This document shows positions 1 to 7,863 of a stretch of 64,000 bases of DNA, piece after piece (position 1 is the stretch's first letter; every line of letters starts with the position of its first letter). Both the position numbers and the translations under genes were made by a program. Source of the stretch: a phage; NCBI GenBank assembly GCA_025677605.1, contig GCA_025677605.1_4110.1. One strand, written 5' to 3'. The notes under the pieces are model-generated. The model had not been told where the DNA came from. It did not search any database and worked only from the letters and a program-made list of their open reading frames with translations.

Positions 1-161
1 CCATGTGAGTCAACAACAATTTTTTTAGGAATTGGTGTATCTTCTTCGCATCGTTCTAATAAGATTTCCTGGGTGATTATTGGTGACGCTTGAACTGGAA
101 CCTTATTAGAACACCCAGTGATAAACATAAAAGTAATCAAGAATGTTAATATGTATTTCAT
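1..161 (-). CDS. o-spanin-like outer-membrane lipoprotein (Rz1-type); C-terminus lies beyond window start
   Basis: Minus-strand ATG at 159-161, not in ORF track because truncated; translation MKYILTFLITFMFITGCSNK... has a signal peptide and lipobox ITGC; ATGA overlap with stop of the upstream ORF. Confidence 0.5.
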   Translation of the reverse strand, partial: MKYILTFLITFMFITGCSNKVPVQASPIITQEILLERCEEDTPIPKKIVVDSH

Positions 162-532
162 TTAAATTTCTCTCTAGCTGCAAGTGAATTTTGTTTTAGA
201 TCATTCAAAAGTTTTACCCCTTCTTCATCTAAACATACATTTCTATACACTTCACGCTCAATAATAACTGGTACTTTAGTTTCTATTACCTTTGCATTAT
301 TTTGCATTATCTGTTTAGTTTCTACATAGTTTTTAGTATTTTGGCTTTCAATTTTACTTAAAGCCGCATCTACTTTCTTCTCTATTTTTAATTCAATACT
401 TTCTTTATACCCAGTATAAAAAGTATTAGCCTTCCAGCCACCAAAAGTACATGATGCCATCAGGAGAACAAACGCAATTGGTTTCCAGAACGGTATCAGT
501 ACTTTTGAAACAATAATATCTAGTACACTCAT
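158..532 (-). CDS. i-spanin-like protein (Rz-type: N-terminal membrane anchor, helical periplasmic part)
   Basis: 124 aa; hydrophobic N-terminal segment, charged helical remainder; immediately followed by overlapping lipoprotein gene, the usual two-component spanin arrangement. Confidence 0.5.
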   Translation of the reverse strand: MSVLDIIVSKVLIPFWKPIAFVLLMASCTFGGWKANTFYTGYKESIELKIEKKVDAALSKIESQNTKNYVETKQIMQNNAKVIETKVPVIIEREVYRNVCLDEEGVKLLNDLKQNSLAAREKFK

Positions 533-577
533 AATAATATCTCCTATAGATGATGATATTATTTAGAGTGCTGAAAA

Positions 578-1003
578 TTATCGTTTATCGATCATTGTTT
601 GTACATGTGCTACGAGATGTACGATTCTGGTATCACCTGATTCATACTTATCTTCGATCTCAACCTTAAATTCATCTTCAAGTTCCATGATCATTTCTAC
701 CCAGTCCAGTGAATCAAATTTGAATTTTTCTTCAATTTCTAAGGAGGTTAAATGTAAATTCATCAGTACATCTTTCTCTGATACATCACTATAACGACCA
801 GAAATGAATTTTGCAATTGCTTTTTCAACGTCAGATGGTTCACGTGTACGGTATTCTGGTTCAAGGAACCATTCACCCTTATTGATAGCTTCTAATTCTA
901 GTTTAATTTCATGCATTACTTTATAACGATCAGTACTTTTATGGATGCGACTAACTTCGCGATTCAGTACACGTAGTGCGTCTTTGATTTGTTCGTTTAG
1001 CAT
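578..1003 (-). CDS. acyl-carrier-protein-like domain protein
   Basis: C-terminal FDSLDWVEMIMELEDEFKVEIED matches the ACP phosphopantetheine-attachment motif (DSLD..VEL.M.LEEEF); likely ATG at 1003 with AAGGTG RBS (track start at 1012 is GTG). Confidence 0.55.
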   Translation of the reverse strand: MLNEQIKDALRVLNREVSRIHKSTDRYKVMHEIKLELEAINKGEWFLEPEYRTREPSDVEKAIAKFISGRYSDVSEKDVLMNLHLTSLEIEEKFKFDSLDWVEMIMELEDEFKVEIEDKYESGDTRIVHLVAHVQTMIDKR

Positions 1004-1017
1004 TTTTTTCACCTTAT

Positions 1018-1047
1018 AAAAAAAGAGAACCTCTCATGAAGTTCTCT
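1018..1047 (-). terminator. rho-independent terminator-like hairpin
   Basis: 7-bp stem agagaac/gttctct (1024-1047) followed on minus strand by U7 (plus-strand A-run 1018-1024). Confidence 0.5.
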
Positions 1048-1078
1048 TAGTTTATATCACTGTTTGTTGGTTGTCAAC

Positions 1079-3862
1079 TTATAATTCACTATAACGATTG
1101 TGTGAGTTCAGTCTGTACATTGAGTACAAACCAAGACCACGCATGATTTCACCAGCCCAAAATCCAAAGAACATCCCATTGTCTGAATCTTCTCGAACTG
1201 CTGGACTCCATGAGCCGTTCATCGGTGAACCTGGTTTTGTTATTACATAGTTATTTTGCAATTCATCAACCAATCTGTCAACCATTTCTGGTAAGCGTTC
1301 AATCTTGCACCCAGCTAAGCCACATGCACTACCACCTGCCAACCACAATCCACACATATGTCCTGTGAAATCCCATGCTGGGCCTTCAACTGTTCCATCT
1401 TTATTAAAGATTGTTGGTGAACGACCTTCATTTTCATCCTGGAATTGAATTAAAAAGTTAATCCAGTTCTCACAGAACTCAACCAATTCAACTGGTGGTT
1501 CTTCACCACGCTCTGCTAATTCTTGCCAGCAACGAGCCGCCCCAAAGAATGCACGTGGTTCATATCCACTCCATGCTTCATCACCCCAGTGTAACATTGT
1601 AAACGTATCAGGTTCACCATATTTGAGGTTGTCCCAGCGGTTCCATACATATGCCTGTGCACAAGGACCAACTGTACCGAATTGGTTTGTAAACCATTCT
1701 TGTGAATCTTTCATAAAATCCAACATATTACCCATTCTTGTATGGTCTACTGGTTCGTCTTTAAAGCAGTAAATTACTGGGTATTGGTATCCAGGATATG
1801 GTAGTCCACGCCACCCACCGTACTGATTTGCATATGGGTCAGTAATATTTGAAAATGGAATAGTACCAGGAGTGTAACGTAACGAATTTAATTCATAATC
1901 TTTAATTACACAATCCCCCAAATACGCCGAATATGCTGCTGTTCCAGAAACAGTAATAGAGAATGTCATTGTATAGTCATCGCCATTTTCGGATGTATAT
2001 AGTGGTGGAATATCATTTATACAATACCATTGGATTTTAGCAGTCCCATTGATTGGTGTTGTATCGGGTAATAGAGTGAAATCTTCCAATTCACTATATA
2101 CTGGGGCTTCTGGGTCAGGATCATCGCTGTGATTTGGCTGATACCCAGAAAGATGTAAATCCTCTGGTTTCAATTCTATTGTGGTCCATTCGCCATGTGT
2201 AGCAGGAATCATCCACCACCAACGCCATCCATTATCATCTTCGATTCTGATATTAAAATCATCATCATATGAACGATATGTAAAAGAATTAATAGGTGCT
2301 TTTTCTGAATCCAGTAGCCAGAATCCAACAACTATACCACCATCTTCACCAGTACTGATATCGCATATAGTATCAACTCTGGAACCAAGAATATCAGTAC
2401 TATATTCCATTTTATATATAGCCCCACCATAATCCACTACTGAACGACTGTCAGCCATAATATAAGAGCTACCATCATCTTTCTTCTCACGGACAAAAAC
2501 ACTTAATGGAGTTTCAGAGTGTTTAATTTCAGTACTGGTACTCAGTGGTAAACCACAACGGTATCTTATAGCATCATTATCACTTTTTGTTTTTGATAAG
2601 TCAAGTACTGGCTTAAATGTTAATGGAGAACCATCATCACATATTCCACCATAATCAACAACCAATTTCGAATCAGAATTTAGTCTGAACCATATTGCTT
2701 GCTGTTCAAGAGTACTTTGTGCACTTTGTTCCTGGCGTATTCTGATATAACCATCAACGTTGCGGGAATATGTAGCAATCGCATCACTTGGATAAAAATA
2801 ATCATATGAAATACCATCAGTAAATGGCGTAGATACTTTAGTACTTTGTCTGAAGAATTTATCAAATGCATCAATGTCACCATATGCATAACAAGTAAGT
2901 AAAGAACATTTCCATCCAAGATAATGTTTTCTTTCCTTTGTTATTTTATATAACAAGTAAGAAGCATCACTGAACCATAATTCAGCATCAGATGCGTTAT
3001 CAGCAAAGTCAAGCGTAATAGGAACATGTAATGGACGGTTGTGTTGCATCTGATTACGTGCGATGTACGTACCACCAAATTCAACAGGTTGTCTATTAGC
3101 GAAGTTTAATTTATAAACACCATTTAATGTTCTGTCTTTTACCTGTACTGTTCCTTTTTCTGACTCATAGTGTCCAGTACTGATAATATCCCCATTATAA
3201 TCTACTTTACGTCCTAAGTAATCAATTACCCAATCAACATCATATTGTTCACCAGGGTTATCCCAGTCAGTACTACCATCTGGTAATATTGCCTGTACTG
3301 ACGCGTTAATCTGATTCCATGCAAGTGCACCTTTGAATGCAAAAGTAACTTTATCAAGGAATTGACCATAATACGGCTCATCATGTGGAATACGACATTG
3401 ACCATCTATGAAATTAAATTCTACGCCTTTGAATCCACCGTGAGTAGGCCAATCATCATCTGACAAAGGCCAGTTAGCAAGTATTGGTTCTTTAGCATTC
3501 ACAATCCAGTTACATTGTAATGGACGTGGTGGATCTGGAAACTGTCTATTAGCATAAAAATATTTGTGATATGCGTCCCAATAATACTTAGCTTTATCCA
3601 AAAACATTTCATCATTAGTTGCAAGATAAGCATAGATATAACCAATGATCAAAAGACTTTGACCCTCAGTTGTCCCGTCACCATTTGGTTGACCTTCCAT
3701 TGCACTGAAATTAATAAAATGACGGTTATTTGCTAATACACCTTGATCGTTTATTACGTAATGCTGTTTTGTTGGATCTACTGTATCACCTGTATTTCTT
3801 TCTAAAAATCTATGATGACCATAAAGTAATTGTATAACGTTATCTATGTTATATTTTGTCAT
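1079..3862 (-). CDS. large hypothetical protein, possibly virion-associated (glycan-hydrolase-like or fibre-associated); function unverified
   Basis: ~927 aa ORF, Trp/Tyr/Gly-rich; probable ATG at 3862 (MTKYNIDN) overlapping stop of upstream gene; located in the fibre module. Confidence 0.45.
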   Translation of the reverse strand: MTKYNIDNVIQLLYGHHRFLERNTGDTVDPTKQHYVINDQGVLANNRHFINFSAMEGQPNGDGTTEGQSLLIIGYIYAYLATNDEMFLDKAKYYWDAYHKYFYANRQFPDPPRPLQCNWIVNAKEPILANWPLSDDDWPTHGGFKGVEFNFIDGQCRIPHDEPYYGQFLDKVTFAFKGALAWNQINASVQAILPDGSTDWDNPGEQYDVDWVIDYLGRKVDYNGDIISTGHYESEKGTVQVKDRTLNGVYKLNFANRQPVEFGGTYIARNQMQHNRPLHVPITLDFADNASDAELWFSDASYLLYKITKERKHYLGWKCSLLTCYAYGDIDAFDKFFRQSTKVSTPFTDGISYDYFYPSDAIATYSRNVDGYIRIRQEQSAQSTLEQQAIWFRLNSDSKLVVDYGGICDDGSPLTFKPVLDLSKTKSDNDAIRYRCGLPLSTSTEIKHSETPLSVFVREKKDDGSSYIMADSRSVVDYGGAIYKMEYSTDILGSRVDTICDISTGEDGGIVVGFWLLDSEKAPINSFTYRSYDDDFNIRIEDDNGWRWWWMIPATHGEWTTIELKPEDLHLSGYQPNHSDDPDPEAPVYSELEDFTLLPDTTPINGTAKIQWYCINDIPPLYTSENGDDYTMTFSITVSGTAAYSAYLGDCVIKDYELNSLRYTPGTIPFSNITDPYANQYGGWRGLPYPGYQYPVIYCFKDEPVDHTRMGNMLDFMKDSQEWFTNQFGTVGPCAQAYVWNRWDNLKYGEPDTFTMLHWGDEAWSGYEPRAFFGAARCWQELAERGEEPPVELVEFCENWINFLIQFQDENEGRSPTIFNKDGTVEGPAWDFTGHMCGLWLAGGSACGLAGCKIERLPEMVDRLVDELQNNYVITKPGSPMNGSWSPAVREDSDNGMFFGFWAGEIMRGLGLYSMYRLNSHNRYSEL

Positions 3863-3863
3863 T

Positions 3864-4493
3864 TTATACCCCTGCTCGAATAAGAGCACCGTACCATGTA
3901 ATACCACCATCATAGGTTTCTAGGGAAATTATATCTTTTTGGGATTGTTCATATGAAAGAAGAACTTGACGATTGAATGACCATTTCACATTAGAACTCC
4001 AGCTTACAAGATTTGAACCTGTGCCTTGTTCTATGATAACAGTGCAATCATATACTTGAGTTTTAGCATTAGGAAGGATATTAATTGTAGTGTTTGGTTT
4101 GTTTAGAGTTAAATTAAAAACTTTATTACCAGTACTGGTATCTATATCGTAACTATCAGCTTGTGGTAATACTGTCACAGTACTGTTGGAGCTATCATAT
4201 AATGTAACCCATTCAGTACTGTTTGTGTCATTTGTTGTGCGTGCTTGTATTTTAACACCGTTATTAGTCTCTGTCATCCCAGCCCACGCAGCAATCTGTA
4301 ACGATTGGTTGCTATCTGTTCCTAGTGTTGTAATCACTGAATTACTTAAATGATTATCTGCACCAGAAATTTCGTGTGTTCTGATAATATTAAAAGACGA
4401 TGTATCAAATGTTAATATTGGTTTTTTAAATTCAGCTTTCGAGAATTTAACAACACCAGTAACTTCCATTGTGGTGTAAAAGGAAATAGCCAT
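3864..4493 (-). CDS. hypothetical structural (fibre-like) protein
   Basis: 209 aa, Ser/Thr/Asn-rich beta-like composition typical of fibre or baseplate proteins; tightly coupled to downstream large gene. Confidence 0.45.
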   Translation of the reverse strand: MAISFYTTMEVTGVVKFSKAEFKKPILTFDTSSFNIIRTHEISGADNHLSNSVITTLGTDSNQSLQIAAWAGMTETNNGVKIQARTTNDTNSTEWVTLYDSSNSTVTVLPQADSYDIDTSTGNKVFNLTLNKPNTTINILPNAKTQVYDCTVIIEQGTGSNLVSWSSNVKWSFNRQVLLSYEQSQKDIISLETYDGGITWYGALIRAGV

Positions 4494-4577
4494 AATCCAT
4501 CCTTAAATTAGTTATTATTGGGTATTTATTGGTCTAAGTGGATTTTTTAGACCCATTTAGACCAATATTCAATAATA

Positions 4578-5819
4578 CTATTTCTTACCGTACCACTGCA
4601 TTTCTCGAATATCGATTAGAACTTTTGCAGCTAGTTGAATGTTTGGTTTCTTTGGTAGAACTGACTTAGGATACACCACATTGCGGATATAGTCAACCTT
4701 TTCATTGAAATAATCCATGACTTCTTCATACTTCCATTTACCGTTGCGGATATCCATTAGCATATCAGCATCAGGACGTTTAACAAGGATAATACCGCTT
4801 TGTAATGCTTCTTCGGCACTATTTAGCAGCCTGATCGTATGCATAGCATGTTTTAGATCGAAGCCGTGCTGTGATTCCATAAGAGCACGTTTAGCATTAC
4901 GATTCTCTTTCCATTTGTGATAACTTTTACGGTTCTCACTGTTCTCACTGTATTCTTTTTCATTGAATTTGACAATGAGTTCAGGTCGTACTTTCAATTC
5001 TTCAGTACTGCGTTCTTTGTTGAAATAACGTAAAGAACCATCAGCGTTAATTGTACTTTCATTAGGATTGATAATAACACCAAAGATATTTTCACCGTAA
5101 TGAATTAATTCGTACCCATTGTTATAATCCAATAAGTTGAAATCACGGTCTAGTACTTTATCAGTACTGTAATTATGTACTAAACGTACAAAATGATACT
5201 GTTTCAACGGATGAGTTGAAACTAACTGCAATGAAGTATCACGCATGTATTTTTCAAAATCTATTTTCTTAGCATTAAATGGATGTAGTTTAGAAGTATC
5301 TAAACGTTCTACCAAATAGTGTGGGAAGTTTTCATACATCCATGCTAAAGTTTCATCTACTGGAAAATCTTCTAAGATTTCATTTAGACGTTTTTCAGCA
5401 ATACGCTCTTTATCCATCCACCCGTGGTGATTGGACATACGCTTAACCTGATTATATGCATAACCGGTATAAGAGAATGCAATCTTAGAACTAAGTAATT
5501 GTTGATTGAATGTACGTAGATAATCATAGATTTCAGTACTTTCTACGATGTGTTCAGGATCAACCCATAGTGATTCAAGGATATTTGGGTTAGCCTCTGT
5601 GTATAGTCTTAAGTACTGATTTAGTTCATAGAATTTAGTATCTTCTTCTCTTGAATCAGAAACTTCTTTTACATTATAAAAAGGTGTCAGAATGAACTCT
5701 TTGTTAGCAAGAAAAATACCACGATAATCCGTATCACTTTCAGGTGTACTGGTTCCATACGCTTGTGAACCTGCTAAGTGCTTCACAATTGTTTGTTCAA
5801 GAAATTTGTTATTATTCAT
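4578..5819 (-). CDS. Pol-beta-superfamily nucleotidyltransferase domain protein
   Basis: N-terminal GSQAYGTSTPESDTDYRGIF fits the GS-x(9-13)-DxD nucleotidyltransferase signature; 413 aa. Confidence 0.55.
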   Translation of the reverse strand: MNNNKFLEQTIVKHLAGSQAYGTSTPESDTDYRGIFLANKEFILTPFYNVKEVSDSREEDTKFYELNQYLRLYTEANPNILESLWVDPEHIVESTEIYDYLRTFNQQLLSSKIAFSYTGYAYNQVKRMSNHHGWMDKERIAEKRLNEILEDFPVDETLAWMYENFPHYLVERLDTSKLHPFNAKKIDFEKYMRDTSLQLVSTHPLKQYHFVRLVHNYSTDKVLDRDFNLLDYNNGYELIHYGENIFGVIINPNESTINADGSLRYFNKERSTEELKVRPELIVKFNEKEYSENSENRKSYHKWKENRNAKRALMESQHGFDLKHAMHTIRLLNSAEEALQSGIILVKRPDADMLMDIRNGKWKYEEVMDYFNEKVDYIRNVVYPKSVLPKKPNIQLAAKVLIDIREMQWYGKK

Positions 5820-6217
5820 AGATGTAATGTTAGCTCCTTAAGAAACCCATTATAGTACTTCATGAAATCTTTATGAAGAACTTTGTATTCTGATAAACTA
5901 AAACCTAGATTGATTATAGTATCTTCTTGAAAGAACTTTTCTTCTTCGGATAAATCCAGAGAAATAGATTGTTTGCCACCATTTAATATTTTAGTAAAGT
6001 GTAAACCATCATTATTGATTTCAACGTACATGAAGTTATTTTCACGGTCACGAGGGCAAACAATATTAATGGAACTTTCACCAGTATCATCGTATTCGAA
6101 TGATATTACATCATACTCCCCGATTCCATAAAATTGTTTATCACTCTTGTAACCACTATATACTTTTTTATACGAATCCATCTGTCTTATGGTGCTATAC
6201 ACATCATCAAGATCCAT
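5816..6217 (-). CDS. hypothetical protein
   Basis: 133 aa ORF, 4-nt overlap with downstream gene. Confidence 0.5.
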   Translation of the reverse strand: MDLDDVYSTIRQMDSYKKVYSGYKSDKQFYGIGEYDVISFEYDDTGESSINIVCPRDRENNFMYVEINNDGLHFTKILNGGKQSISLDLSEEEKFFQEDTIINLGFSLSEYKVLHKDFMKYYNGFLKELTLHL

Positions 6218-6220
6218 ATA

Positions 6221-6724
6221 TTAACTCCTGTAATATTGTAAGTATTCGTTCTTTGCATCATCCAATTCTTTTTGTTCCTGAATTTTATTGTCGATATCTT
6301 TCACGTTAGTAATACTGTTATATAGTGCGTGAAGTACAAGAAAATCAGATACAGAAGTTGAAAAATCCTTCCACCCAACCGATATTTTAATACGCACACG
6401 TATATCACGTCCGTCCATCCAGAACATGAACCCTCGATTCCCACGTAAATCATTAATCATATACACTTTAAAACAAGAATCTCGTGTGCTGCTTTCTAGT
6501 CTTTCAAAATCTACATGAATACTGAACAAGTTTTTTGAACAGTACTTACAAAATGCATAGATAACAGGATCACATTTTGAAAGAAGATATTTGTTTTGGA
6601 TAATTTCTCTGCGATCTTTGTCTGATTTAATATTAGGTACTAATAAAGTACTTTTGTTTAAAATCAACGCAACTAAGTACTGAATAATATCATTATCTTT
6701 TACTTTATGTTTACCGAAGATCAT
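6221..6724 (-). CDS. fibre-module paralogue 3 (possible fibre chaperone or adhesin accessory)
   Basis: 167 aa; shares a K..L..K...D..R..I..K motif with the 166-aa and 186-aa neighbours. Confidence 0.5.
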   Translation of the reverse strand: MIFGKHKVKDNDIIQYLVALILNKSTLLVPNIKSDKDRREIIQNKYLLSKCDPVIYAFCKYCSKNLFSIHVDFERLESSTRDSCFKVYMINDLRGNRGFMFWMDGRDIRVRIKISVGWKDFSTSVSDFLVLHALYNSITNVKDIDNKIQEQKELDDAKNEYLQYYRS

Positions 6725-7224
6725 TAGTATAATCCTTTTAGTTTATTAAATTCATTAAGTTTATGCTGCTCGTATTCTAACTTCTTGTACTTTGTTTCAA
6801 GCTCACGAAGTGCAACGAGTAAATGAAACAAAAACATTTGTTCATGTTTAGGTAGAATATTCGCATCTCCGTTAATATAAACAAATGTATGTTTTTCATC
6901 ATAATCTTTAGATGAATATGTTACTGCATTAAAATCAACCTTAGTTTCGGTATCAAACAATTTTACACGGTTGATATGATTACCATATATGAATACTGGT
7001 TCATATAACCAACGTTCACCGTATGGTTCTTTAACTAGGTCTGTGATTAGTTTCATTAGAGAATGAGAACTTAACATTTCTTTAATTTTAAGTATAGTTC
7101 TACGATCTTCATCAGTACGGATAATTTCTTTTAAAGAATAGCTTTTCATCAGTACTGGAAGAATTAATGTACACCACTCTACATTTTCTCTTTTGTGATC
7201 ATTATTTTTCTTTTTGAAAAACAT
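6724..7224 (-). CDS. fibre-module paralogue 2
   Basis: 166 aa; TLILPVLMKSYSLKEIIRTDEDRRTILKIK aligns with TLVVRLLCKSVTLKDFVKTDNERKSLIELK of the upstream paralogue. Confidence 0.5.
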   Translation of the reverse strand: MFFKKKNNDHKRENVEWCTLILPVLMKSYSLKEIIRTDEDRRTILKIKEMLSSHSLMKLITDLVKEPYGERWLYEPVFIYGNHINRVKLFDTETKVDFNAVTYSSKDYDEKHTFVYINGDANILPKHEQMFLFHLLVALRELETKYKKLEYEQHKLNEFNKLKGLY

Positions 7225-7233
7225 AGTAACCTC

Positions 7234-7794
7234 TTAATATAAATCAGTTATTCTCTTTTGGATTTTGAATTTACGCTGTTCTTCTTCAATTTGTGATAAC
7301 TTTTCTTTAATATCTTCAGCACCAATAATCACATGGAACAGGATCATTAACTCATCGTCATCAAGCATATCATAATGAACACCGAAGTTTGAAGAAACAA
7401 CACATGATAAATCTCTTGATTGAATGATAGTTTCTTCGGTTCTGTGTTCAATCCCTGCTGGTGTATAATCGACCTTAAACATGATTGCATTTTTTAAATC
7501 ACGTAGTGTGAATTCTTCATCACCACCCCACAGTTTTTTTTGAACCATAGACCAACGATCACTGAATGGATTTTGGGTGTATTCTGCCAGTAATCCATAT
7601 AGTTTATGCTTACTTAACTTGTACTTAAGTTCGATAAGTGATTTACGTTCATTATCGGTTTTCACAAAATCTTTAAGAGTTACACTTTTGCATAGCAAAC
7701 GAACTACTAGGGTATTCTGAAAGTGCTGCTCTTTTTCTTTTAAACGTTGTAACTGTGCTGGTGACAGCGGTGGTCTAAAACGTGATTGTACCAT
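7234..7794 (-). CDS. fibre-module paralogue 1
   Basis: 186 aa; ATG at 7794 with strong AGGAGG RBS; first of three tandem paralogues downstream of the fibre genes. Confidence 0.55.
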   Translation of the reverse strand: MVQSRFRPPLSPAQLQRLKEKEQHFQNTLVVRLLCKSVTLKDFVKTDNERKSLIELKYKLSKHKLYGLLAEYTQNPFSDRWSMVQKKLWGGDEEFTLRDLKNAIMFKVDYTPAGIEHRTEETIIQSRDLSCVVSSNFGVHYDMLDDDELMILFHVIIGAEDIKEKLSQIEEEQRKFKIQKRITDLY

Positions 7795-7835
7795 AGTTTC
7801 CTCCTAGTTTTTTAGCATTATACGGATAAAAGAAA

Positions 7836-7856
7836 AGCCTGTCAATAGACAGGCTT
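7836..7856. terminator. hairpin terminator (bidirectional context)
   Basis: 8-bp stem agcctgtc/gacaggct with loop aata, flanked by A-rich and T-rich runs; just downstream of fibre gene. Confidence 0.5.
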
Positions 7857-7863
7857 AATTTTT

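Noticed and set aside
2181-2919. Embedded ORFs (83 and 79 aa) within the 927-aa gene
   Set aside because: Nested in or antisense to a long continuous ORF; no independent support. The same reasoning applies to the other short plus-strand track ORFs nested in minus-strand genes across the window.
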